A stretch of DNA of 64,000 nucleotides from Eledone cirrhosa (Eukaryota): assembly GCA_964016885.1 (NCBI GenBank), contig OZ024747.1, forward strand, positions 92,628,001 to 92,692,000, given 5' to 3'. A program made the translations under genes and the position numbers. Below are positions 12,631-27,742 of this stretch, piece by piece. Below the pieces are notes generated by a model. It did not search any database, was not told the origin of the DNA, and saw only the letters and a list, made by a program, of their open reading frames with translations. Within the stretch, counting starts at the first letter, position 1. Each line of letters opens with the position of its first letter.

Positions 12631-14049
12631 CTGGTTGTTTTTGTGAATGAATGCCGTCCGCCCGTGTGTGTGTGTGCAGGGCTTGTATGTATGTGTGTGC
12701 GTGTGTAAGTAAATACGTACATATGTAAATGAGATAAAGAGATAAAATCTAACCTTTATAGGGCTTTATTTTTTTTTAATTCATGAATCTCTCTTTCTCT
12801 CAGTCTCCCTCACCCCCTTCTCTCTATCTCACTATCTCTCTCTCTTTTTCTCTCTCTTTCTCCATTATCCCTTTCTCTCTCTCTTTCTCCATCACCCCTC
12901 TCTCTTTCTCCACCACCCTCCTCTCTCTCTCTCTCTCTCTCTCTCCATCACCTCTCCCTCTCTCTAGATCCTGTCTATTCTCTCTTTCCTACATCTGTTC
13001 ATTTTGTTGTAGTTTCATTTAATTTCTACACCTCTCTCTCTCTCTATATATATTTTTTAATTCCTTAAATTCCTTGTTATTCTCTTTCATCATTGTATTT
13101 TATTTAATATTTCCACTTATCCTTTATAATTGTACTAATTTTATTCTTTCAAATAGTTTTTCTACCATCTTATATATATAGACAATTCATTATTTGAGGT
13201 TATTTTTATATTTGTTCATATCATAAATTTTATTTCAAGAAATGTAAAATATCTCTTCTTTCATAATTTTTTTCTTTTATTTTCTCCTCCATGTAAATAA
13301 ATAATTAGAGAGGTTTTCCTTTGGTTTGATATATATATATACATATTTTAGGTTATTAAATTCTACATTTTCAGTTTTATAACATTTCAAGGTATTTGAA
13401 ATTATCAATATATTTTTACATGTGTACGATGAAAATAGTATTTAATCATAAGAAACCTACCCAATGATATTTCTAGTTGGAAATTATCACCAACAACTTG
13501 TTTTCCTATTTATATTTTTCTTACTAATCAAAGAAAAAATGTTTTTTTCTTCTGTTTATAAAGATCCTTTTCGGTAATGATTAATGATAATATTAATAAT
13601 GTTAACACGTTTATATTCTTGGTTATATACTTCTTACAATTCGCTTCTTAGTGGCAAAAATACTCGTGTTGATGACTAATTATGAAATGATTACTTTGAA
13701 ATCAGAATTCTTTAGCTAATTGTCAGAAGACCGTTAGAACAGATGTTGTTTTAAAATAACGCAAATGAAATTATTAAAATAAATATAATATCCAGGTAGA
13801 TCAAGCATGAAATAACTAATGTTTTTATATAAATAAATGGTTAAATAACGTTTCTGCAGCTAAAGTGTAAACTTTAGAAGTTTATATATATCATCATTAT
13901 CATTTTTGTCACAGTTTAAACAACCTTCTGCATCATAAGTAAAATTCTAATGATTTTTTTTCTTTTTCTTTTTCCTGTGTTCTTCCAACTCCGGGTAGGG
14001 GCTATGAGGGGTGCAGGGGGTAACCATGCCCCCTCTGCATATATCAGGG

Positions 14050-14238
14050 GGATTGGCAGTATCGGTAGAGGGTCGGACGCCATGATTTGCAACATAGAGT
14101 TACGGCCCTTTACGGTCTGAGTTCAAATCCCGCCGAGGTTAACTTTGCCTTTCATCCTTACGTGGTCGATAAAATAAAGTACCAGTAATGCACTGAGATA
14201 ATTGCTGGCCTTGAGCCAAAAGTAGAAACAATTATATT
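14050..14238 (+). mobile_element. SINE family 1, near full length
   Basis: tRNA-like head, box B gagttcaaatcc, Nin-like core, tail gccaaaagtagaaacaattat. Confidence 0.8.
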
Positions 14239-14618
14239 TTTCTCCCTTTGGGGAGAAAAATATAATCAAAACACACATCTGTTTGTATACGTGCTACAAT
14301 TTATGTACATGTTATGTTTATCGCATATCGAAGTTTTTTTTATATATCTTAGTTGTTATTTGATAACAGCTCAACTAATCACTACAACTAAATTGACCAA
14401 ATCCACCCGGCCCACTCACCACCACCACCAATTCAAATGTTTCCACCGCCCCTGCAACTTGTCAAGATTACAAGACATTAGATATTAGACAACAACATTA
14501 ACCTCTTAACATACATAGCCCCCACTGTTCCGTAATTTCACAGACTGTTAATTTTGTAATACATAAGCCCTATAGTCAGGACTTTACGGAAGACTGGAAG
14601 AAAATTCTCATCCTAACA

Positions 14619-14833
14619 CAGACCTGCCAACCTCTAAAAATCCAAACGGGGAGTACCATGAAAAAAAAGTGCCCCAAAATGGGAAGAAATAAGGCAAATG
14701 GGGAGATTTTATATAATGAAAGCTCTACTCATTTTCACAAAAGAAGACATGTCTCACCCACCCCAAAGTGGGTGGGAGATCTCCCCGTCGGGTGGGAGAT
14801 CTCCCCGTCGGGTGGGAAGAGTTGACAGGTCTG
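14619..14833. mobile_element. MITE with TIR CAGACCTG(C/T)CAAC and apparent 6-bp TSD CTAACA
   Basis: ctaaca|cagacctgccaac ... gttgacaggtctg|ctaaca; internal tandem gggtgggagatctccccgtc. Confidence 0.75.
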
Positions 14834-15494
14834 CTAACATAACAAGAGCTGGTTATATCTGCAACAGTTATGATAGTTGTAAAAGACATAGAAACTGTTT
14901 ACTTTTATTTATCAAATATTTTTTATTTACCTATTGTTTATTTCGTTTTATTTGTTAATATTTACCATCGGAAGATAGGAACATACAAAAGTGTGAGTTT
15001 ACAAGGTCAGAGCCTCATAACTTAACTAGCACAGGGGCTCGTTTGTCCTAAATCCGGCACAAGTCTCATATACAGAATATAAGTACGATAGGAAATGTTA
15101 ATGAAAATCATTTGTATACAGGATTTTCGGGATAGGAAATCAGCTTTCTTTGCTTTTGTTTATCAACCCACTATTTTATTGTAGTTATTTAAATGGTTTA
15201 TAACCCGATCTATTGTTGAGGCAAGATGAATATACTTGATAGTCTTCCTTCGATCATGGCTAACTAGATGATGGTATCTGCACCACGAAGGTTCCTCTCC
15301 ACAGCGCAGAACTGGACAATTTTTTTTTCTTGTGAGCGATAGGCCAGCAGCCGTTCATGCACACAAGTCTTACCTTTTCATGCCACTGATATTTGTACAA
15401 GAGAAAGGCACGGGTGAATATAACGCATAAATACGATATATTTTTAAATAAATTTAAATTTAAGGAAAAATAACCATATTGGGCAGATTTAGAA

Positions 15495-16495
15495 TTAGTA
15501 CTGGACTGGTACTTTTTCTTTTTCGACCTCGGGTGTTTAAAAGGCAAAGTTGACGTCGGCAGGATTTGAACTCAGAGAGTAGAAAACCGGAACGAATACT
15601 GCAAAGCACTCTATACGACAAAGAGTTAAGAATTCCATTAAGAAACAATTAATTAATCCATTGGACTTAGCATGGCCGAATGGTTACAATCATTAAGTCC
15701 TGGCTTCGTTCCTATTGGATCTTCAGATTGGACAAAGGAAACTGTGTCTTTATTGGTCAACTCCTGGCAAAAGCGTTACCGCTTTTCCAGTGATAGGAGA
15801 TGAAATTTGAACTCAGAATACTAGAGCCAGAACAGATGCCGCAAAGCCTCCCACCCGACTCCTTAACAATTGCACCGCCTTCGAATTGGTACTTTATCAA
15901 CCCCGAAAGGGTGAACGGTCGTTGACCAGGGTCGTATTTGAACTCAAGAGACAGGGAGCTGGAACAAATATAATTGTTTCTACTTTTGGCACAAGGCCAG
16001 CAATTATCCCAGTGTATTACTGGTGCTTTATTTTATCGACCCCATAAGGATGAAAGCAAAGTTAACCTCGGCGAGATTTGAACTCGGAATGGCAAGGGCC
16101 GTAACTCTATGCGTCAAAGCATGGCGTCAGACCCTGTACCGATACTGCCAAGCCAATATAATTGTTTCTACTTTTGGCACAAGGCCAGCAATTACTCAGT
16201 ACATTACTGGTACTTTATTTTATCGACCCCCGTAAGGATGAATGGCAAAGTTAACCTCAGCGGGATTTGAACTCAGTCCGTAAAGGGACGTAACTGTGCT
16301 GCAAAGCATAGCGTCCGACCCTTTTTAGATTAAATAATATTACTATTAGATTAAATAATTACGTCCCTTTACGATCTGAGTTCAAATCCCGCCGAGGTTG
16401 ACTTTGCATTTCATCCTTACGGGGTCGATAAAATAAAGTACCAGTAATGCACTGGGTAATTGCTGGCCTTGTGCCTAAAGTAGAAACAATTACTA
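15495..16495. mobile_element. Cluster of about 6 SINE family 1 copies and fragments
   Basis: Minus copies near 15495-15620, 15800-15870, 15890-15968, 15968-16155 and 16156-16322; plus copy 16358-16495. Confidence 0.75.
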
Positions 16496-17259
16496 TTAGA
16501 TTAAATAATATTACTATTTAGTTACGTTTTTCTCAAATTCTCAATTTTTGTTTTCTCGTTTATTCAAAAACACAATTTCTTTGTATTATGAGGACATCAA
16601 GCGATCAAGGCAAAAAAAAAATCTTTAGATTTAGTAACCAGACACAGTTTGTCAGGATACAAGTTTGACTAGAATTTTGTGTTCCTTTAACACACAATTT
16701 CCTTTTCAAAACTAACTTTCTGTTTTGCATGATATGTTGAATCCATCGGAAGTCTAACCTTCACATAAGCGAAATCATCTAGAGGCGGTTTATAACATTA
16801 TTAGTTGACCTTACACACGATATCAATAGGCAATGAATCGTGAATAGATTTATTTTGAAAAGTAAATGTTGTTATCCTATATTGTGCTCTAATCCTGAAG
16901 CTGATTATAACAAGAAAAGAGTAAGTTGTCTTGGATTTTTTTTATTTATTATTATTATCATATTCCCTCCACATCTCGTCCTACCTCTCATCTCACCTCT
17001 CGTCTCACCTCACTCCTGGTGACAAGTGACATCAGCCCGAAGTGACGAACGTCTAAATCAACCCAACCTACATTCAAAACTCAGAACTTTCTAGAGCCAT
17101 AAACAATATTCCAACTCTACAACGAAATACTTTTTGTTGCTCAATTTACAGTAGATTTCCAGACCGTAGTTCAAGAAGATTGAGAATGTTTGGTTCAAAT
17201 GTAGAACTTGAGTATCAGTTGTAACAGCTGATTCTTACTGTGTTTTCTCCATATTCCAG

Positions 17260-17311
<52 letters not shown>

Positions 17312-17312
<1 letters not shown>

Positions 17313-17452
17313 GTTTCTACTTTTGGCACAAGGCCAGCAATTACCCAGTGCATTACTGGTACTTTATTTTATCGACCCCGTAAGGATGAATGGCAAAGTT
17401 AACCTCAGCGGGATTTGAACTCAAACTATAAAGGGCCGTAACTCTTTGCTGC
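17312..17452 (-). mobile_element. SINE family 1 copy
   Basis: Same core and tail as the other copies. Confidence 0.75.
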
Positions 17453-17544
17453 ATTTTATATATATAGGCACAAAGCTAAAAGTTTTGAGGGAGGGGAAAG
17501 TCGATTAAATTGATACCAGTGCGATATATGTATATACATATGTG

Positions 17545-17635
<91 letters not shown>

Positions 17636-18705
17636 GGGGGAGGGGGTGCGTGCATAAGTGTGGCTGGGTGTGTATTCTCTTTGAGAGAAAGAGAGGGAGA
17701 GAACTGTTTAGTCTAGGAAACAGTAATTAAAGGAAGGTCTGAAAGGAAGAATAAGACAAGCGAATCCAAAGACCCAGTTTTCGTTAACTCGTCACTACTA
17801 CTGTTCCTAAAGATAATAACAACAGCAACAACAATAACAACAATAATAAATAAGATTGAAATAAATTTCTTCGTGAAAAGGCAAGTTATTTAAAGATGTG
17901 GTGGGCTGTATCGACATTGATGTTTTGTAAGGCTGGGTTCCTTAATTAATTGAATGTCATATCTGACAAGGATGATGGGTGGGTTGTGAGTTTTGATGAA
18001 AGCTAATGGTGAGCGTGAATGGGTGGGCCCACGGATACATTTTTGTTGGTTTGTTTGGGGTCTTTTTTGTTTGTTTTGTTTTTAAAGAAATGGAAAAAAT
18101 AAAAGGAAAAATAAAATATCTGGAAGCTTCAAAATATTGTTATGGGAGTGGTGAGGGTAACACAGAGGATAATGATCAGCTTTGAACGGAAGAGAAAAAC
18201 GTTACTCCCTACCTACCCACCCACCCGTTTCTACTTTATCCTTGCTTTCATATATGTAAAGAAGTATTTATTTAAATAAATAAACAACTAAAACTAGGAT
18301 TCAGTAAAAGAATAAAATAAATAAAATGCAATAAAATGAAATAAAATGTAATAAAATGTAATAAAATGAAATAATATGAAATAAAACAAACAATTTCTCA
18401 CTTTAATCTGAAGAAATGGCAATATCAGTGTTAAAACCATACACATCAAACAGCTTATTGCTGGTCCTTGCAGTCGTTAGATTTTAACGTTGCTTACTGT
18501 TTTATAATATTATTGCAGAAGGCATTCGTTGTAAACTAGATACAACTAAAAAATGGAGGAAAAATTGCATTAAATATCCAGTTTAGATGGATTATAAAGT
18601 ATTGGGATCATATATAATCTATATATATTCTGTAAACAGATCTCTTCTTCACTCATCTACTAAGTTTTGATACAAGAAAACAAAATAAGATGTAAGATGC
18701 AGGCT

Positions 18706-20013
<1,308 letters not shown>

Positions 20014-20344
20014 ACGCAAGAACGATGCGCCTCCGTTGGTTTTGACGATGAAAGTTTCAGTTGTTCGATCACCTGAACAGTCTGCTCATGAAATTATAGT
20101 GTAACTGGCAGCGCATCCCACCCAACATGTGTGCCTTTAATGTAACCCTTTGGGTGATTCATCGTGGCACAGTGTGTGACAATCGTGCCCCTTTAAATTA
20201 CAGGTAGAGACCGTTTGACGGACTTACAAACAGTTTCCATGTACCAAATTCCACCCATAAGCTGGGCTGGATTTACCAATATGCATGGTTGGCCATTGGC
20301 CTAAGGCCCGCAGCTGTTTACTGTAAATTACAGTAAAAATTATA

Positions 20345-20871
20345 TACATGGTTCGGTTGAAAAGTTCATAGGTCTGCTATGAAGGAATGATGCTAGAGCT
20401 GTGAAATCTTGCATGCATTAATTTCAACTCTTCTTATAAATAACGGCCTTGTTTCTTTCCAGGAACTATGTTGGAAAATAAACTTTATTTGGTCATTCCA
20501 TGAGAGTATCTTGGTCAGCCTACAAACTTTTCAACCGTTCCTTGTATATTGTAGTGATGCTAGAGCTGTGAAATCTTGCATGCATTAATTTCAACTCTTC
20601 TGCATTGTTTCTTTCCAGGGACTATGTTGAAAATTAAACTTTATTTCGTCATTCAATGAGAGGGTCTTGGTCAGCCTATAGACTTTTCAACCGACCCACA
20701 TATATTGTAGTGATGCTAGAGCTGTGAAATCTTGCATGTATTAATTTCAGTTCTCCTTATTAATAACTGCATTGTTTATTTCCGGGGACTATGTTGAAAA
20801 TTAAACCCCATTTGGTCATTCCATGAGAGTATCTTGGTCAGCCTATAGACTTTTCAGCCGACCACTGTATA
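20345..20871. mobile_element. Tc1/mariner-like MITE with one left TIR and three tandem right halves
   Basis: Left end cggttgaaaagttcatagg; three units of about 160 bp each end in ggtcagccta..acttttca(a/g)ccg; TA-flanked. Confidence 0.65.
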
Positions 20872-20919
20872 TTGGATACTAAAATATGCCAACATTTCTA
20901 TAAATTTGGGGGCCCACTG

Positions 20920-21213
20920 ACAGGGCCGGATTTAATAGGGGTAGGGCAATTGCCCTGGGTCCCCCGAAGTTGGGGGGCTTACAAACGACAGCCGTAACAA
21001 TTCATTTGTGCCCTCAGCTGGGATTTTTAGTTTGAGCATCGTTAGAATGTTTGTATTTACTTCCTGTATGTCTATCTTTTCAATTCCAATTACTTGCGCC
21101 AAGCTAACTTTGATATGTAAAATTGGTGGGGTTTGTTGTTCTAATTTTTTTGTACATCCCCCCCCCCCCCAACTTAAGTGTCCCGGCCCCCACAAGGTCT
21201 AAACCCAACCCTA
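20920..21213. mobile_element. Probable GC-terminal MITE (cagggccggattta...taaacccaaccct)
   Basis: Imperfect TIR. A related element lies at 21279-21487, whose left end recurs inverted at 15010-15060. Confidence 0.45.
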
Positions 21214-21630
21214 CCCACTGTATATATATATATATATATATATATATCAATACATACATATATATATATATATTTACCCAGTGCCGGACTTATGACAAAT
21301 AAGTCCCTGTGCTAGTTAAGTTATGAGGCTTATTACTTGGGCCCTGAAGGAAGTAAAAACATTTGGGGGGGGCAGGAAGATGCCCCCCCCCCCCTCCACC
21401 CTGGCCAACAGGTCCTTGTGTCCAAGCACACCTAAGCACAATGGTTCACCCGGTACTGTGTATACCCACATGTTAAACAGCCGACTGTGTGTGGTTGACC
21501 ACAGAGCACAAATGCAAAAATGTAAACGTTAGATTACATACAGTAACACACATTTATACAAACTACCAACATACACACACATATCCACATTTATGTAGCC
21601 ATATCATTACCACACACTGAACAGATATGG

Positions 21631-21701
<71 letters not shown>

Positions 21702-22069
21702 TACAGACAGGCCTACTTAGCTATATCGATGTGTTAAACAGATATAAGATCGACAGAAAAATATATATAATCATAAAACATTTGAAAATATAGTTGCTGC
21801 AATGCAGAGAACTATAAAAGTAGTTGATAATTAATTATTAATAATAGTTGAATAAATCGAGCATGTACCTAAAAAAAAAACGGGCTTCTCTGTTCACCTT
21901 TTTTTCTTTTTAATTTTTCGTTTCTATGAGTTCTTTACACGATGCATGTTACTATGATTTCTAGTTATCAACTATTATATCATTCTAGATGCGTGTGTGT
22001 CTGTGAAATATATATATATATATATATACATATATATGGTGTATATATATACATATATATATACATATA

Positions 22070-22281
22070 TACACCAGGTCTGAACTTAAAAGAACCAAAC
22101 TCCCACTGTCACTGCTTCCGCCTCCGTCTCTCCTGCTTTTCCCATATCTCTTACTTTTATGAGCAAAATGGGGTCCCACGCGCTGGTCACACCGTGGCCC
22201 CGGCGGGCAATATAGAGAAGGTGTTTCTCCGGAGGATGGTGAGGGAGACGCGCTGGAAGAGCCATTCCATCTCGCAAGGCT
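22070..22281 (-). mobile_element. CRE-clade 3' end fragment
   Basis: Reverse complement homologous to 4968-5180; 3' end runs into (TA)n. Confidence 0.75.
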
Positions 22282-22544
22282 GTTATTGTATATAAACTTT
22301 GGAACATTAATAAAGAGAGGAAGGATAAAGCAACGAACGAAAACAAGGCAAAACGGAAAACAAATTTTTTGAAGGGGAAAATCTTAAAAAATTGTTTTTA
22401 GAAAATAAAAATATAAAAGAAAGACGGTCATCGACTGGAATTTGGCAGTTTCAATCCCTACCAATGGCACTGCTGGTCAAATCGGAGTCACAGCGTCTGT
22501 CACAAGCCAAGACGTTGACCATAGTGTAAGAGATCAGATAAAAC

Positions 22545-22990
22545 ACCCGCCGAGGTTAGCTTAGCCTAGCCTTTCATCTTTACGGGCACCAGTAATACAT
22601 TGGAGTCGATTTAATCGACTTCCCCCCCCCCCCCAAATAATTGTGGCCTTGTGCCTAAATCAGAAATCAATATAGTTATCTACATTCTGAGTTCAAATCC
22701 CGCCGAGGTTAGCTTTGCCATTCGTCCTTAAGTGGTCGATAAAATAAAGTACCAGTAATGCACTGAAGTAATTGCTGGCCTTGTGCCAAATGTAGAAACA
22801 ATTATTTCATCTACTGGGGGATTAGTGCTAGCCTTGTGCCAATAGTAGGAACAATTATTATAGTTATCTACATTCTGAGTTCAAATTCATCCCGCCGAGG
22901 TTAGCTTTGCCTTGTACCAGTAATGTACTAGGAGGGTATTTACTGACCTTGTGCCAAAAGTAGAAACAATTATTATAGTTATCTACATTA
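22545..22990 (+). mobile_element. Tandem, internally deleted SINE family 1 fragments
   Basis: Repeated tatagttatctacattctgagttcaaat..cccgccgagg..agtagaaacaatt units. Confidence 0.7.
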
Positions 22991-23292
22991 TGGCGACTCT
23001 ACATATTCAAATTTCATATTTCCTCCCCTTTGCTTGGTAAGTCAACCAAATCTTGTTTAAACATATACAAGATAAAAAGCGTTGATAAATAGGGGATAAA
23101 TAGAAAAACATAGACACTTGAAATGCTTTAATCGAATGGAAGAACAAAGACGCAGTAAAAAATGTGTGAAATAACTAGCGAAGAATTATAACGACAAACA
23201 ATTCTAACAAGGAGATAGAAACAGGTTATATATAAGTGAGGGTGTATATATAGAGTTTTAGATGGTTATATGTGGTTATATGTGGTTATATG

Positions 23293-23380
<88 letters not shown>

Positions 23381-23436
23381 TATACATATATTATATATTT
23401 ATATATTTATATAAACATACATGCAAACATACATAC

Positions 23437-23490
<54 letters not shown>

Positions 23491-23705
23491 GAGGTTATAT
23501 TTAATTTGTTGGGATTCAACAAGCTTAAAACTTTTTATAACTGATATAAAGCACTCAACATCTATATTTATTTATTAAAATAACAGATTAAAGTTTAAGC
23601 AAAGAATCGCTGCATATATATATATATATATATTATGTAGGTATGTAGGTATATATGTATGTTTGCATGTATGTTTATAAAAATATATAAATATCACACA
23701 CACTC

Positions 23706-23770
<65 letters not shown>

Positions 23771-23771
23771 C

Positions 23772-23832
<61 letters not shown>

Positions 23833-23866
23833 TTCATAAAGAGCTGGTGAATAATAAGTGTGTGTA

Positions 23867-23915
<49 letters not shown>

Positions 23916-23995
23916 AGAATATGTGTATCTGTATATGCGGGACAGGACCTTGAATAACTATGTGTGTATACGCATACGTGTGAGTGCATGGTTCT

Positions 23996-24528
23996 AGTAT
24001 ATGTTAGCTGGTGTGTATGTGTGTTTGTGTGGTATATGTTAGCTGGTGTGTATGTGTGTTTGTGTGGTATATGTTAGCTCATGTGTATGTGTGTTTGTGT
24101 GGTATATGTTAGCTGGTGTGTATGTGTGTTTGTGTGGTATATGTTAGCTGGTGTGTATGTGTGTTTGTATGGTATATGTTAGCTCATGTGTATGTGTGTT
24201 TGTGTGGTATATGTTAGCTGGTGTGTATGTGTGTTTGTGTGGTATATGTTAGCTGGTGTGTATGTGTGTTTGTGTGGTATATGTTAGCTCATGTGTATGT
24301 GTGTTTGTGTGTTTGTGTGGTATATGTTAGCTGGTGTGTATGTGTGTTTGTGTGGTATATGTTAGCTGGTGTGTATGTGTTTGTGTGGTATATGTTAGCT
24401 CATGTGTATGTGTGTTTGTGTGGTATATGTTAGCTGGTGTGTATGTGTGTTTGTGTGGTATATGTTAGCTGGTGTGTATGTGTGTTTGTGAGGTATATGT
24501 TAGTTGGTGTGTATGTGTGTTTGTGAGG
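23996..24528. repeat. 35-bp minisatellite, about 15 copies
   Basis: Unit atgttagctggtgtgtatgtgtgtttgtgtggtat. Confidence 0.9.
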
Positions 24529-24817
24529 TTCCTCGCCAGTGTATTTGTGTGAGCGAGCAAAAATCCCAAACTAGGAAAGTGGGAGAAAGAGAAGGGATAC
24601 CTATATAGAGAAAAAAATCAATGAAAGTAAATAGAGACATCTTGTTTACATAAGCTGGGAGAGTATGGAGTGTTCACACGATTTTAGTCTGAGAAATATT
24701 TTGTCAGAAGTACAGGCAAAAGGGGATTACGGATTCCCCCTTTTTCTTTTCTTACACAGCCATTGTATTTTAACTACAATGACTTTCCTTTCTTTTACTT
24801 AGTTTTTTTGTTGGTTG

Positions 24818-24853
<36 letters not shown>

Positions 24854-24934
24854 CTTTATCACTTGCCAATGATTAAATATCAAATATATATAAAGTAAAA
24901 AGATTATGGGGGGTGAAATAAGATAAAGAATTTA

Positions 24935-24965
<31 letters not shown>

Positions 24966-25390
24966 TTTAAGTAATCTTGTCTTGAAAATACGAAGGGAGC
25001 AGCGCAGCAGCAGCAACAACAGCAGCAGTAGCAGTGTGCGTGTGTGTTTGCGTGCATCTGATTGTGTGTGTGTTTGTGTGTGTGTGTTTGTGTGTCTGTT
25101 TGTGTGTGTGCGTTTGTGTGTCTGTGTTTGTGTGTTTGAGTGTGTGTGTGTGTTTGTCTGTGTATGTGTGTATGTGTATGTGTGTGTGTGTTTGTTTGTA
25201 CGTGTATGTGTGTGTATGTGTGTGTTTGGCATCACTGAAAGTAAAAGTGGTTTGGCGGATGACAACTTTTGACGTATTGTTTATAAATTACTCGTCGAAA
25301 ACAGTTGCAGACGTGTTACATATAGTGACTGTGTTTACACGAGCTTGTTTGTGTGTGTGTGTGCCTGCGGGCGTACCAGACCGACTACAC

Positions 25391-25440
<50 letters not shown>

Positions 25441-25722
25441 CAACACAGTTTTTTTTTCTATAAATAGTTTCTAATTTTGACACAATGTCAGCAATTTGGG
25501 GAAAATATATCGACCTCAGTACTTGACTCTTTGGTTTTTCATTTTATCGACCTTGTAACATTTGCCCGACGCTCAAACGACTCTGGCAACCCACGCACAT
25601 ATATGTGTGTCTATTCACACACACACGCACGTCAACATGAATGGACCTGTTATTTTTATGTAAAGACATTTTTTCCAATTTCACCCCGTCCGTCCCGTCA
25701 ACCTATCTTATTTCTCATTCTT

Positions 25723-25760
25723 TCTTCTGATAAAGGACTAGCGTCCGAAACGTTATAGGA
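25723..25760 (+). ncRNA. Degenerate hammerhead motif (CTGATAA core)
   Basis: CTGATAA-a ggac tagc gtcc-GAAACGTTA; related motif at 39640-39675. Confidence 0.45.
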
Positions 25761-25942
25761 TGTTGTAAAAACCAGCTAGACGATTATTCACCACAGTACT
25801 CGATACTTAGGGTAGAAGAGTGGGTAATATGAAAAGATTCAGGACCCCGACGGCTGAACTCCGGCCGTTTCGACAGCTAGATCGGATCTAGCTGCCGAAA
25901 CGGCTGGAGCTCAGCCGTCGGGGACCGGAATCTTTCCATATA
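25760..25942. mobile_element. Family F fold-back copy
   Basis: Palindrome about 25827-25940 centred at tagatc-g-gatcta. Confidence 0.7.
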
Positions 25943-26500
25943 AATCAAGATGGATTCAGTAAGAAACTGGTTAGACCATTACTCACTAGGAACACCATCC
26001 CAACCATGAGAACGATACTTTAATATTGTATATATACTCTAATATTCATCGCAATTGCGCTCGTTATAGTTGAAGTATAAATAAAATATATTGGACTTGA
26101 CAAGGATATTTGCTTTGTACTTTGAATTTCTTTACTAGAGATAGCCAGTAAGGTTAAAACAGATTACCTGTTGCCAATTCTCTATTGTGATATCATCAAC
26201 AACTAAGCTTCTACACCAGAAAGGAATGCAAGATACTTTCATTGAAAGTTCTACGAAAAAATCTAAAACGAATACCTGGAGATCTTTAAATTTCGCTGGA
26301 CATTCATTCCAGATCTCGCAAGTAAATTCCAATCTTATTTATGACATTGTAATGTACTGATAACAAATTGATAAGAGTGACAGCAGCAAATTATCCCATC
26401 ATGACATCTATCAGGTTTTATAAAGAGGTCGAATTGATTTAGGACTACATTAAGAAACAATAACCTAGACAACTGGTTGACACTGTCCCGGCTGTTAAAG

Positions 26501-26669
26501 TACCGTATTTCCCGGTGTCGAAGACGCTACTTTTTTCCTATAATAAATCTCAAAAATTTACCATGCGTCCTGGAGACCGAAGGTTGTTTATTATTTTTTT
26601 TCAAATTTTTGGTTGTCAAACTTAGGGTGCGTCCTCGAGCACGAATCGTCTTCGGCGTCGGGAAATACG
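26501..26669. mobile_element. pogo/Tc1-type MITE, TIR TACCGTATTTCCCGG
   Basis: taccgtatttcccggtgtcgaagacg ... cgtcttcggcgtcgggaaatacg. Confidence 0.75.
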
Positions 26670-27275
26670 TTCTTTTTTTTGTTTTGTTTTGTTTTGTTTT
26701 GTTTTGTTTTGTTTTTAATCTAGGTTCAACTTCTTTCTCTTTGGGGATTTCAGAGTTCAATATATTAGAGGGGCGGTGGAAGCATTTCTGAATGTGGGTG
26801 GAGGTGTGGAGGCAAATTTGGTCAATTTAGTTGTAGGGATTAGTTGAGTTGTTATTATCAAATATCAAATTGTATGATCAGCGATGCGGTCACTGCTCAG
26901 ATTCTTGGACAACAAACGATCAAAGATTACACAATATTATACAGGGGCGGTGGAAGTATTTCTGAATTAGGGGGTGGTTGTGACAAATTTGGCAAATTTA
27001 GTTGTCGTGATTAGTTTAGCTGTTATTATCAAATATCAACCAAACTATAAAAGAAAACTTCGATATGCGATAAACATAACATGTACATAAATTGTAGCGT
27101 ATATACAAATAGATGTGTGTTTTAGTAGTTTGGGGAGAAAAACATATAATCATGGAGGAGGTGGGGGCATGTCCCCCTGTCTACTTCTTCCCCAGTTCCA
27201 CCGCACCTGTATTGCTACCCTTACTATTACTGTTTTATCCATTGCACTGTGAACGTGCTCATGTCCAATTCTAAT

Positions 27276-27429
27276 TACCGTATTTCCCGGCGTCGAAGAC
27301 GCCACTTTTTTCCTAAAATAAGTCTCAAAAATCTACTATGCGTCCTGAAGGCCGAAGGTTGTTTACTGTTTTTTTCAAATTTTTAGTTGTCAAAATTAGG
27401 GTGCGTCTTCGGCGCCGGAAAATATGGTA
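27276..27429. mobile_element. Second copy of the TACCGTATTTCCCGG MITE
   Basis: taccgtatttcccggcgtcgaagacgc ... gcgtcttcggcgccggaaaatatggta. Confidence 0.8.
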
Positions 27430-27430
27430 C

Positions 27431-27742
27431 TCTTATTTCTTTGGCTTTCGGGAAAACCATGAACGTCACAAATTCCTGTTCCTTTGGCTTTCGGGGTAGC
27501 CATGCACGTCATAAATTCTAATTTCTTTGGCTTTCGGGATAGCCATGAACGTCACAAATTCTTGTTTCTTTGGCTTTCGGGATAACCATGAACGTCACAA
27601 ATTCCTGTTCCTTTGGCTTTCGGGAAAGCCATGAACGTCACAAATTCTTGTTTCTTTGGCTTTCGGGAAAGCCATGAACGTCACAAATTCTTATTTCTTT
27701 GGCTTTCAAGAAAGCCATAAACGCCACAGATTCTTATTTCCT
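27431..27742. repeat. 43-bp minisatellite, about 7 copies, each with a hairpin
   Basis: ctttggc recurs at 27439, 27482, 27525 and onward; internal tggctttcgggaaagcca. Confidence 0.9.
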
